From Eledone cirrhosa (taxonomy: Eukaryota), in the NCBI GenBank assembly GCA_964016885.1, contig OZ024743.1, forward strand, positions 149,854,001-149,918,000: DNA of 64,000 nucleotides, in the 5' to 3' direction. Below are positions 27,901 to 40,179 of this stretch, piece after piece; within the stretch, counting starts at the first letter, position 1, and each line of letters starts with the position of its first letter. Both the position numbers and the translations under genes were made by a program. The notes beneath the pieces were generated by a model that did not search any database, was not told the origin of the DNA, and saw only the letters and a program-made list of their open reading frames with translations.

Positions 27901-29450
27901 ACTGCAGACTGTAGTTATGTTCGGTATTAGATGTGCCTAATTTACTGCATTTCTATTCCCTACAAATCGGCATGTGTACACTATTAAAGAAGCCTGAATT
28001 CCTCTGATCCTACTGTGATTGCATATGTCTAGTTATACTTTAGCCATGTGTGTGAAATTGTTTGGTGAGAGCTGTATAATAATAGCCTTCAAATCTTGGT
28101 CACCAGTTAACCTTTCTTCCCTTTCTCTTTTTACATCTAATCTTTGTTCCCCCACCCAACCTCACTCCTTTCCCAATTGCAGTGATAGTTGCAGCAGGAA
28201 AGACTATGCTTCTATATTCTTCACTTCTACTCTCCTCTCCTTTCTCACTACTCCTCTACTCTCCTATTTTTTCCTTACTTCTCTCATCACCCACCCCACT
28301 TTTCTTCCTTCTCCCCTCTTCTCTTTACTCACCTCACACCCAATCTCCTTATTATTTGGCTTCCTTCACCTCTTGGAAAGAAATCACTCTCTTCTTTTCT
28401 CCAGTCTTTTCTGCTTCCATCCCACTTCTCCATCATTTTCCATGTTTGTTCTCTTCCCACCTCTTCTCAGTACACCCCTTCTTCTCTTCCTGCCCCCTCC
28501 ATCTCCAGATATCTGTGTGTTCTAATAGCTATCAGTAGCACCACAGCTCATCTAAAAGGAAGAGGAGAGTGGAATGGTCAGCTGTGAAAGTAGATCAGTG
28601 AGTTGGGTAAGATTAATGTAGCCCACTCTTTGTCCCAAGCATATCTCCCTTAATATCTTTCCCTCTACATTTCAACCTCTGAACACCACCTCCACATACT
28701 TCACTCCTCATATGTAAGCAATCTCCAACTACTTTGAAAAAATAAACCCCCAACACCACAGGCCATCAAAGAGGTGAGAGGTGAAAAGCTGCAATAGACC
28801 CCTCCCCTTCTCTCTCTCTCTCTTTCTCTCTTCCTCTCTCTCCCCATCTCTCTCTCTTTCTTTCTCTCTTCCTCTCTCTCCCCATCTCTCCCCCTCCCCC
28901 TCTCTCCATCTCTCTTGTCCTTCATGCTCCTCTGCTAATAGTCAACACCACTAGGCATCATTAAAGGAATTACTGGTAGTGGCAGTGGTTATCATTGCTG
29001 CAGTGGATGTGTTGGTTGTAGTGGTGATTCTTATCTTAATGGTGTTAGTAAAGGGGGTGTGTGTTCTCTGCTTGTAAATTTCTTCTTTGTCATGGCATTG
29101 GTCATTCTGGGGGTGTTGCACATGTATTAAGAGTAGAGGCTCTCATCTTGTAAAAGTTATGATGGTGGTAGAGGTCATTAATAGTGTGGGTAGGGATTAT
29201 TGCCAAACATGTTTATTTTCTGTCTACTGACCACTGAGATTACAATAATTGAGGTTATTTGTTGACAGCCAACATATAAACAGACTAAATGCAGCATGGA
29301 TGTACACAGATAGGGGAGCAGACAGGCCAAATTAGCCATTATATCATCTCTCATGGCAGTTAACCACATCATATCTTTTTCCACCACTTTCACACACACA
29401 AACACATACACAATCCTTAATCTCTTTTCTACTCTCCTTTTTATGATTCT

Positions 29451-29507
<57 letters not shown>

Positions 29508-30475
29508 GGTTTGTCTTTTTATTGCTCTTATTCCTCTTTCATATATTTCTTTCCCTCTTTGAACTCTCCTCCATCTTGACCATTCTTTCTATTGTCCATG
29601 CAACTGCAACAATCAAATTGCCATGACATTGATATGTTTGTCTGTCACCCGCAACATTTATCTCCTTCAATCTACTGACCAGCCAGTTTATCCAGATGGA
29701 CAATTTGACACAATGACCACATAACAACCTTCCCCACCTTACCATTTTCTCTCTCTTGCTTTCTTTTTACTTGTTTATTTTTCTTTCCCAGCTAAATCAG
29801 GGAGAATGCTAGAGTAAAGGTTTGGCTTTTAACTGCCATTAGGGAACTATGGAGTGAAGGAAACTTGTTGCTTTAGCTCTTTCAGGAAACAGCTGGTATT
29901 TTCAATGTAGTTGCTAAACCTCTTGCTGCTTTACACTTTGTTTTCTTGGTGATGATGATCATGATGATAATAAGGAAGAGTGGGGCTGATGAAGGAAGAA
30001 GATTTGGATGAATTTCACCATTTTATCATTATATCAATTAGCAATGCTGTTGTTATTCTAAGAAAGGCACATTCTTTCTATTCTTGGTCCATTCATTTTA
30101 CTTTCATGAAGCAAAGGGACAATTATATAGCTAGTTATTTTCTTAGCAAAAATGACAATTAAAAATTTAACTGTCTGTTTTATATTCATTTCTCTGTATT
30201 GAAGATAATAACTGACAAACACAAATGCATATTTCAATCTGATCTGGTTGTCTTTAGTGTCATTGAAATCAAAATAGTTTTTTTTCTTACTATTCTATGT
30301 TATTCCAATTAAGAAATCATTCGTATAAGGGAAGAACATATGTGATAATGTCTGAGTTGATATCCCCTTGCTTCTTTGTCCTTCATACCTGTAAATTCAC
30401 TGGGTATATTTTATTCAACACACACACACATCTTTCAATACAATAAAATGAAGCAAACTTGCCTTGAAACTGTTT

Positions 30476-30793
30476 ATCATCATCATCATCATCATCATTT
30501 TACGTCCACTTTTCCCTGCTTGCAAGGGTGGGACGGGAACTGGTTCTGGCTTGATTTCTACAGCTGTGTGGGCTGGGTGCTTTTTTGCTGTGGCACCTAC
30601 ACGACCACTTTGCAGTGGAATGATAGGGACCCCAGTCCCTATCATTCCACCTCATTTCTACAGCTGAGTAAACTGGAGCAATGTGAAATAAAGTACCTTT
30701 CTCAAGGAAACAACATATCACCCGGTCTGAGAATTGAACTCACAACCTTTCGATTGCAAAGCCAATGCTCTAACCACTAAGCCATGTGCCTCC
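30476..30793 (-). mobile_element. Full-length tRNA/CORE-type SINE family B with RTE-derived tail and 8-bp TSD
   Basis: Reverse of the 47864 copy. TSD TGTTTATC at 30471-30478 and 30795-30802. Confidence 0.92.
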
Positions 30794-32159
30794 ATGTTTA
30801 TCTGGAGTGAATTCATAATGTCTCTTTTCTATCACTCCTCCTCTGTCTTTCTTGCACACTCACTCATACATTGTGAAAGCACTCTTGATATTGAGTGGGG
30901 TTCTCACATTGGTGAGACCGCAATCACCTTATAGAATTAGAACCTATCCATCATTCTAAAAATAGCTTATACAGCTTGCCATAAAGATGTACTATCTGTT
31001 ACATAATATTCTATAATGCCTTACACATTTGCTGTCAGCAGTTAATTTTGTGTCTCAGATAGAGAGATCACATCTTTAACATTGAAATACTGCTATTTTC
31101 ATAAACAAAAATATGCAGTTGGGCAACATATGTTGTATATAAAATATATGTGACATATACAAGGTTCTGTTTTAAAGATATCAATGAGAATTAAACTTTT
31201 CTGTTTGTCATACTTACTGGACCATATAATCAGATAATTTTCTGAGTTCAAAGCTTATTTGTTGTAAATTTAATATATTGCGAGGTTTAACACCACCATC
31301 TGATTCTTTAGAGCCTTTAGCAGAGTCCTCACTTTTGAAAATATTTGGACTATATTTGCAGTTTAAGGATAACTTTCACCCTCATTCTCACCAATCTTAG
31401 ATCTAAAAAAGGTCATGGACACTACCTTTCCCTCTCTGAATAAACTAAGAAGAAGAAAAATGAAGAGAAAAAAGAGGAAAATAAGAAGCAGTATTTAAAA
31501 AGAACTATAAAGAACAGTTACATAAGATAAGGTTTGGGAAATCTTCTTCAGGATGGTAATGAAGTTGGTGACAGTGATGATTTTCACTTAAGCATAGCTG
31601 AATTTTACAAAACTATATGTAGCCATAAATTTTGGTTGGCATTCATATTAATTTTTCACAACTTTACTATTTCCATATCAAAATGTTAATGTAAATAGAT
31701 AAAACTTAGGTTTATACAAGAAATGTTTCCTATTATATGCCTTTAAGAAACTGAAACTAAATATGTAAAGATACAAGCAAAATTTTTTCTAAAAAAAAAT
31801 AAGTTTAAAAGAACAGGAGTTATTTAAGTTAATGCTAAGAAAATTTTAAAATAAACTGAAAACTAAATGTGTTAAGATTAACATCATTATTTTAATCGTA
31901 ATAATTTACACCAAAGCAGAATTTGATGATCTTTATCTAATTAGCATCATTTTTTTCTTTCTTTTTATGCATATTTTATTATAAATGTATAACAGAATGT
32001 ATGTATGTATGAATTTGTAAAAATGGGATTGATAGCAATAGTGTTTCTCATTTTTTCTTTAAATGTTCCTTATGCATAAAAGTACGTATATCTCACGCTG
32101 CTCTGAGATCACACTAGCACACCCACGTGGCTGAGGGATAAATAAATTATTGTAATTGC

Positions 32160-32420
32160 ATTCTGGGTGACCAGTTTCAATGCTATGTTCATAAAAAAAA
32201 CCTGCAAGTCACATGGAACATTGAAGCTGCACTTAAACATACATAAAAAACTGGTGGTAAAATAGAGCCAATGCTGAAATGAGACATTGCTGCAGTACTT
32301 GCAGTTAGCTCTTCGAACACATTTCAGGACTCAAAAGTCATTTAAGATGTCAGGAAAGAGTAATTATGGGTACAAGAAGCAATCAAGCTCTGGTATGAGC
32401 AGACATCCACCATGTATGTT
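32160..32420 (+). mobile_element. Old RTE LINE 3' end (zinc-finger/(ATGT)n-tail lineage)
   Basis: From 32291: CSTCS*LFEHISGLKSHLRC, then CTC..TATGAG..CA.CCACC(ATGT)n, paralleling the 19400/45431 elements. Confidence 0.7.
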
Positions 32421-32880
32421 TGCATCTATATGTGTATATATGTATGTTGCATGTATGTATGCATGCATACATGTATGTATCTAATATGACCACTAACTTT
32501 TTTTTTTTGCTTTCTTTTAATGTTAATTCAAGAATAATTTAACATCCTAGATATTTTCATCATCATCATCTTTAATGCAATCATCATCAATGTCTCTTCC
32601 TTTTCTTCACTCACATTCTTTCTTATCAACAGGCTTACTGTTATGTCTCTGTCACAACAAAATCTCATTTCTATCGATCTAAATCCGGTTGTCTCAAATT
32701 ACCCGACTATTTCCAACTTTATATGTATATATACATGTAAAATGGTAATATATATCATCATCATCACCGTTTTACGTTCATTCTTCCACGCTAGCATGGG
32801 TTAGACGGGTTGTCCTGTTGTGGGCAGTAGCCGGTCGGCTGACCATGCCTTGCTCATACGGGAACTGATATATATATATA

Positions 32881-33056
32881 ATAATAATTGTTTCTACTTT
32901 TGGCACAAGGCCAGCAATTACCCAGTACATTACTGGTACTTTATTTTATCAACCCCATAAGGATGAAAGGCAAAGTTAACCTTGGCGGGATTTGAACTCA
33001 GACCATAAAGGGACGTAACTATACTGGAAAGCATGGATTCCGACTCTCTACCGATG
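32881..33056 (-). mobile_element. SINE family A, short variant with fold-back 5' end
   Basis: Family core and tail; 17-bp perfect inverted repeat at 33020-33036 and 33057-33073. Confidence 0.9.
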
Positions 33057-33154
33057 CCATGCTTTCCAGTATAATAATAATAGTAATAATAATAAATTTG
33101 AAGACTAAAATCCAAAGAGGGCTCGATAAGGATAAATATATATATATATATTTA

Positions 33155-33403
33155 ATCATCATCATTTTACATACATTTTTCCATGCTTGCATGGGTTGGC
33201 TAGCTCTTTTCCAGCACAGCATCCCTTCACTCATTGCATTCCTTTATCATCTCCTTTGTGAGCTTCATTGATTTGATGACTTGAAATCAGCTTTCACCAC
33301 CTCCAGCCAGGTCTTTCTTAGTCTTCCGCTATTATAATTTCCTTCTTCTGAGAATTATTAGCACTTACTCTTACAGTGATTATCATCCATATGCATCACA
33401 TGA
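33155..33403 (-). mobile_element. RTE LINE 3' end, short-3'UTR lineage, degraded
   Basis: HVMHMDDNHC...GRLRKTWLEVVKAD...LTKEM...RDAVLEK, immediately followed by CCATGCAAGCATGG and (GAT)n. Confidence 0.8.
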
Positions 33404-33739
33404 AATTATGGAGGGAGAGAATATAAGTAGTTTTAAGGTTCATACATTTCCCAATCTCATTAGATATATAAATAAAACAAAAGTTTTTAAACATAGTCCA
33501 ATAAGACCTTTATTTTTAGTTTACAGAATTGGCTAACAATAAATTTTCACATTGTCAGAGGGTCAAATATTTTTAAAGAGAGTGCTGTAGTCGATGAATT
33601 TATGGTCAGTATATGAGTAGTAATTTATTGCTTCAAGTAATACAGTGTCAGGGTTTGAACTCTGAATATAACAGGATGTAGCTAAATAGTACATTGCACT
33701 CTTCCATTTTTCCCACTCCAATAGTGATTTCCTTCAATG

Positions 33740-34330
33740 GGATAAAGAAAGAGCCTTTAGTTGAAAATATGGAAACATTTTATTGGGTATTTGAAAACAG
33801 CTGAAGAAGAAGACTTTGGTTCTGTGGTAGAAGATATACATTAGAGGTTAGTAATAAATTTGGATTTAAAGTAGATGAAAACTGATGCCATCAACAACCA
33901 GAAGCTGTATTGAAAGTGACTTGTCAGATCCAGTGGAATTATTTCAATGCAAACTCATCATATAATAAGGATATGTAGACCTGAAATGATTGTATAAGAA
34001 CCCCCATCCCCACAAGATATTCAATATCATACATTTTTCTATAACATGATATTGGAATCAAAAATAAAATAAAAACAAGAATTGAAAAGTAGCTGATCTT
34101 GGGAGCTAATCTGGGCTAGAGAGCTGAGAAAATTCTGAAATATGTGACTGGAACATGTCAAATAAGAACAAGGAGCAACACTAAACCTGATCTCCAGGAA
34201 ATTGATAGACATAGGAATTAAGACTTCTATAACGGAGTAGTTGTAAAAATTGTCATATTCCCTTTTACAAGAATTCTTTGCAAAATCAATGAGACTTGAA
34301 AATATTTAACACAAATTTCAAGACATGAAT
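33740..34330 (+). mobile_element. Highly degraded R4/Dong endonuclease-region fragment
   Basis: Across frameshifts: QQPEAVL...IQW...MQTHHIIR.CRPEMIV...EK..DL...RELRKF...TRILCKI, paralleling HQPE.V...ILWD..IQTD...RPDIV...EKY.DL...ARILRKV. Confidence 0.6.
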
Positions 34331-34372
34331 CCATTGACATAATCAATGTATACCTTCCATGATGATGATAAT

Positions 34373-34790
34373 GATAATAATAATTGTTTCTACTTTTGGC
34401 ACAAGGCCAGCAATTACCCAGTGCATTACTGGTACTTTTTATTTTATCGACCCCGTAAGGATGAAAGGCAAAGTTAACCTCGGCGGGATTTGAACTCAGA
34501 ATGGCAAGGGTCGTAACTCTATGCGTCAAAGCATGGCGTTCGACCCTCTATCGATACTGCCAATCCACCACCCTATAATGATAATAATAATGGTTTTTGA
34601 TTTGGGGGGAGGGGAAAGTCGAATGAATCAACCCTGGTGCATTACTAGTACTTTATTTTATCGACTCCATAAGGATGAAAGGCAAAGGTAACCATGGTGG
34701 GATTTGAACTCAGAATGTAAAGGAACATAACTATATATCACAAAGCATATTGTCTGATGCTCTACTGATACTGGTAACCACCTTTCTATA
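34373..34790 (-). mobile_element. Two tandem SINE A copies: young short copy (34373-34573) inserted in the tail of a long copy; degraded copies continue to ~35620
   Basis: 17-bp TSD ATAATGATAATAATAAT at 34368-34384 and 34575-34591. Confidence 0.9.
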
Positions 34791-35834
34791 TTAGCCATAC
34801 AAAGCTTACATTAAGGAAAACATTAAAGACAGCACATGACAATACAATGTGTGTTTTTGCATGTAAAAAACATGTTTAACAAAAAAAAGTATGTAAAAAA
34901 TTCAAACAAATGAAAATTCCCCAATAGCAGGCGAGACCTCCAAGGAACATTCATGGAGAAAGTCCACAAAATGTTTCCAGAGAGTTGAAAAGTAAACTTA
35001 GTGACATTTGAACTCAGAACCGAGAGGAACAAAGTTTAATACAGTAATGCATTTAATTTAAAACTCTCCTGTTGTTGCTAGCTTCCCTCAACAACAATAA
35101 TGATTTGGTATATTGACACAAGGCCATGTGCAGGGGAGCCATATATCAATCTAACCATTATACATACTTATTTTATTTACCCTGAAGGGATGAAAGACAA
35201 TCAGCAACTATTGCAATTTGAACTCATATCAAAGAGGAATGTAACTGAATATTGTAATGATAATGGTCTCTCACTTTACCATTTCACTACTCCACCATCC
35301 TTAATAATAAATATTTAAATAACGTCAACAAAAACAATAATAATGTTGATGATTTCTTAATTCCAAGGCCATAAATTTCTTGGAAAGGAGAATGCCATTG
35401 TAAGACTTAATGCTTTTCTCAAGGTCATATCTAGCAGCAATAATCATAATTATGATTTCTCACATTGGCACAAGGTCACAAATAAGTGGGGAGGGGAACT
35501 TAATCAAATTAATTAGAGGATGACAAGGAGAGAAAAAGCAAAGAAAGGACCCAGGCAGGATTTGAACTCAGACCATTTAATATCATGCTCTACTGTTTCT
35601 GCCACTTCATTGCTTATAATGATTTCTTTTATATCTTTTATTATGATGATAAAGTTTTCTCATATTTCCATAAGGCAATAATAATAATGATAAAGATTTT
35701 TCTTTCCAAATCAGAAGACTATTACTGATTAGAACACTAAGGAAAGATAAATAACAGTGGAAGAATATAGTTGGTTTGGAAAACATTTCTGCATATCATG
35801 ATCCTTCATCATCATCATCATTATTTAACCCTTT

Positions 35835-35861
35835 GCTGGCCTTGTGCCTAAAGTAGAAACA
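35835..35861 (+). mobile_element. 27-bp 5'-truncated SINE A tail with 15-bp TSD
   Basis: GCTGGCCTTGTGCCTAAAGTAGAAACA between ATTATTTAACCCTTT at 35820-35834 and 35862-35876. Confidence 0.9.
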
Positions 35862-35870
35862 ATTATTTAA

Positions 35871-36092
35871 CCCTTTAGCATTAACTTTACTCTATATTTA
35901 CTATTATATTTTCATGGTAAAGACTTTACATCACATAATTATCTCACATAATATCGAATCTATGAGATTTTGATATTATTTATTTTGAGAACAACACCTT
36001 AACATAAGTATGAGTGGCCGGTTATGACCAGTTTGAACAGAATGAGGTGAGAGAATTCTGACTGGATATGGCCGGTTTAAATGCTAAAAGGG
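35871..36092 (+). mobile_element. piggyBac-like MITE, copy 1
   Basis: TTAA-CCCTTTAGCATT ... AATGCTAAAAGGG; body similar to the 36483 copy. Confidence 0.85.
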
Positions 36093-36209
36093 TGACGTCC
36101 ATCTTCCATGCTAGCATGGGTCTGTATAATATTTAATTTTTAGAAGGGTATGACAGTATATAACCATGCTGACGGTTTTACTACTATAATGTGATTATTA
36201 TTATGTTGA

Positions 36210-36400
36210 GGGCAGTAGATTGGCAGTACTGGTAGAGCCTCAGACACCATGCTTTGCAGCATAGAGTTATGGCCCTTTGTGTTCTGAGTTCAAATCCCGC
36301 CGAGGTTAACTTTGCCTTTCATCCTTATGGCGTTGATAAAATAAAGTACCAGTAATTCACTGGATAATTGTTGGCCTTGTGCCAAAAGTAGAAACATTTA
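36210..36400 (+). mobile_element. SINE family A, short variant
   Basis: A/B boxes, family core and tail; flanking TTATTATG(T/A)TGA duplication. Confidence 0.9.
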
Positions 36401-36482
36401 TTATGATGAAAAGGATAGGAACGATGGACGGATCATGTTATGTTAAAATTTTATTGAAATTAAATGTAAGTGAATATCTTAA

Positions 36483-36702
36483 CCCTTTAGCATTTGCACT
36501 ACTTTATATATACTATTGTATTTTTTTGAAAAAGTCTTTATCTTACAAAATATCTCACTTAATATTGAATCTATGAGATTTTTATATTATTTATTTTGAG
36601 ATCAAAACCTTAACGCCAGTATGAGCAGCTGGTTACAGCTGGTTTGAACAGAAAGAGGTGAGAGAGTTCTGGCCGGATATGGCCGGTTTAAATGCTAAAG
36701 GG
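36483..36702 (+). mobile_element. piggyBac-like MITE, copy 2 (220 bp; third, reversed and truncated copy at 59639-59838)
   Basis: Perfect 13-bp TIR CCCTTTAGCATTT / AAATGCTAAAGGG; TTAA target duplication at 36479-36482 and 36703-36706. Confidence 0.93.
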
Positions 36703-36921
36703 TTAATGTACTGTTTCTTACTGCACTTTCCTTATTTGTAAGAGGGTGTAGGCAGAACCAGTGCTCTCATCAAGACCAACTAAGCAGCCACCTAAAATCA
36801 AGACTTCACAGAGACACATTACTGAACCTTAAAAGATCAGAGTTTTATATAAATCTGTATAATTAATTTATATTAAATATATAATTATTTCCTGCAATCA
36901 ATAATGGTAAATCTCTTTCTC

Positions 36922-36958
<37 letters not shown>

Positions 36959-37285
36959 TTGTAAAGTGGTCATGTATGTGTCAGAACACTAAGTACCCAG
37001 CCACACTGTAAAGTAGTTATGTAGGTGTCATGACAAAAAGTGTCCAGCCCACACTGTAAATGTGGTTGGCGTTAGGAAGGGCATCCAGCCGTAGAAACCA
37101 AGCCGGAGTCAATTCTGTATGGGCAAGACATTGTCACCCAATTTGACTTGTCTGACAATGGGACAACTTGTCTATCTCATGATAGCGTGGAAAAATGGAC
37201 ATTAAACAGTGATGATATATATAATAGACTCTGCCTGTGCATAGAGTGCTTGATTTGGTACCAACACCAGTATTTCCCGTACCTA

Positions 37286-37327
<42 letters not shown>

Positions 37328-37332
<5 letters not shown>

Positions 37333-38248
37333 TGCATACAAACAGCAATGTTGCATGGCAGTGAGACCTGGGCATTGTGTGCAGAGGATATACGCAGACT
37401 AGAGAGGAATGAAGCTTGCATGCTCCGCTGGATGTGTAATAGTAATATACGTGAACGGCAAAGCATAAACAAACTAAGGGAAACATTAGAAATAAGAGGG
37501 ATCAGATGTTGTTTACTCGAGAGAAGGCTACGTTGGTATGGTCACGTGATGCGCATGAAAGACGACAGCTGTATAACAAAGTACAGGGCAATAAAGATAG
37601 ATGGTAGCCACGGAGTAGGCAGACCCAGAAAAACCTGGGACGAGCTGATAAATTCCGACCTCACACACTTACACCTCTCCAAGACAATGTCACTGGACCG
37701 AGACCTTTGGCGGTACTCAGTAATAGAGAAGACCCGCCTTACCTAAATACAAAGTAAAACCTACTACAGTCAGTAGGCATCTCTAACAAAATACACCCCG
37801 TCCCACCACCCCCACCCCATCCACACCGCCCCTTTCAATGTAAAGTTATGTTGGTGCCACAACATCCAGGCCGAAACAAATGAGATTGTGTAGGTGTCAC
37901 GATAAAAAAACACACAGTCCACGCTGTAATGTGGCCGTGTAGGCAACACGGTAAAAACCTCCCAGTCCCACACTGTAAATGTGGTTGGTGTTAGGAAGGG
38001 CATCCAGCTGTAGAAAACCCGCCAGACAGTCCACGCTGTAATGTGGCTGTGTAGGCAACACGCTAAAAACCTCCCAGCCCCACACTGTAAATGTAGTTGG
38101 TGTTAGGAAGGGCATCCAGCTGTAGAAAACCCGGCAGACAGTCCTATACGAGCAAGACAACCACTCTTGCGTCAAGTGGGAAAACTCCCGTCCAAACCCA
38201 TGCAAGCGTGGAACATGGACGTTAAACGATGATGATGATGATGATGAT
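37328..38248 (+). mobile_element. Young 5'-truncated RTE LINE, copy 1 (ORF end plus long structured 3'UTR and (GAT)n tail)
   Basis: TAMLHGSETWAL...LERNEACMLRWMC...RRLRWYGHVMRM...GRPRKTW...DRDLWR, stop at 37744-37746; flanked by (TA)n. Confidence 0.95.
37914..38137 (+). repeat. 112-bp tandem duplication in the RTE 3'UTR
   Basis: ACAGTCC recurs at 37914, 38026 and 38138; copy 2 of the LINE has only one unit. Confidence 0.92.
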
Positions 38249-40179
38249 ATATATAAGATAGTTGTATAATTGGTAAGAACTTTAAACACTGGTACATTAA
38301 AGTTTTCCTAGTTCAATAATAATCTATGGAAATGTTTTTGTTATTATATGTCATGTGAAAATGATCCAAGATTGAAAAGAAACATTACTAGTAAACAAAA
38401 AATGACAAAGTTAATAGGTCAGAGTACACTACTCTATATAGCTGTTCATAATTCATTAGTTTTTGTTGCGTTAATTATGTGCAACACACAAATACACACA
38501 TGTACATATATATATATATATATATATATGATTAGAAACATACACACATATAGTCAGGTATGCACACATACACAATTACAAAGGCCTTATTAGGTACATC
38601 CATATACATATTCCTATTACATAAGTATGTACACACACACAAATAAACTTTCTTCATGCCCCTCATATTTTTTTCATACATAACATTATATATATAGCAT
38701 CTTTTTTTTTTTACACATGCAACATTTATCTGCTCACATTTACTCACATTCATATATATATATAATCACACACATGTATATATCATACCAGTTCAGTTAC
38801 TTATTGATTCTACCACTTCTCCTGCCTCTCCCTCACCACTATCACCACCTTAATGCCCCAAACCTAGTTATACCTCACTATTTATTTAATGAACTGAGAT
38901 TTCTATTCCTCTATGCTCTGTTATTGACAGGCAAATAGTAAAGCGTGTTTTTTCTTCCTTTTCATATATTTTTTCTATGCTTGTCTTATTTTCCTATCCC
39001 ACCCACACCATCATTCAAAACCTCACTTATTTATCATTTATACATGTGTTTATTTTGCTATTATTTATTCACACTTTTTTTTTTACATTGCTTTTCCTTT
39101 CATCTTCCATCTTCATCACTATAACATTCTTGTGTTGTGTGTATGTTTGTGTATCTATGTGTATGTGTGGGTGGTTGTATATATATATGTGTGTGTATGT
39201 ATGAGTGTGTGTGTATATGTGTGTGTGTGGGGGGGGTGCTTTTTAACCTTTTTTTAAGGGTAAATTATTGTCTCTTGAATGTTTGCGGTATTTTTACTTT
39301 CATAAATGTGTGTATGTACATGTGTCTATGCGTTTAGTGGATGTATTTGTGTGTGTGTGTGTGCCTGTGTGCATGTATATGTCTACAAAAACTATTTGCC
39401 TTTCCACTACTTCCACCTGCACTCCACATGTCTGGTATTTATGGGTTATTTTTATAGTTCTCTAGTTTAGTTACCAAATTGATATTCATATATTTTATTG
39501 TAATGTTTATGTGTAAGGAATTCTTTCAGACTTCTTTTTGCTACTCTTACTGCTGGCGCCAACTTTGGAACACTGTTGTTGAGTGATAAATTGCAAATTC
39601 AACCATTATTTTCCTATTGAAAGGTGCCGTTGACAAATTTGGCAAATACATTTCAGATCATTAATCTTCATCGGGGTCTCTTGTAATCATTTGCTAGCTT
39701 TTATCTCTGCTAATATGTAATGTCTGTGAATGTGTGTGTGTGTATGTGTTTAAGCTTTCATAGATATAGACCAATACATAAACACATTTAAATTTTGATT
39801 ACATTTTACTTTTCTGCTTATGGATATCATTTCATAAAGAATACGTTGCCAGACCTATCATTATAATCAAGCTGTGATTTGGATTGAAGACTTGAAGCTT
39901 CTTCAGGGTTCTTTTAATCCTTAATAGATGTACAGATCCAGTAGAATTTCAAAAAAATAATACCATATAAAATAGAAGTTTAGAAAAATCTACTGGAGAC
40001 TAGGGATTAAACAAAGCACTTTCTCTTTTTTATCATTATTCTAGTTCCCACTGCAACATTTTAATTCACAATATAACTAACATTTATAAAATACAGATTC
40101 ATAGCATTGCTCTAGTATGGCGTCTGCTGAATTGCTGAAACTATTAACAATAATGCACCAGCAGATTTGTTACACACTG

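Noticed and set aside
28019-28587. Three overlapping ORFs of 118-168 aa
   Set aside because: Pyrimidine-rich low-complexity DNA lacking stops in all frames; no motif.
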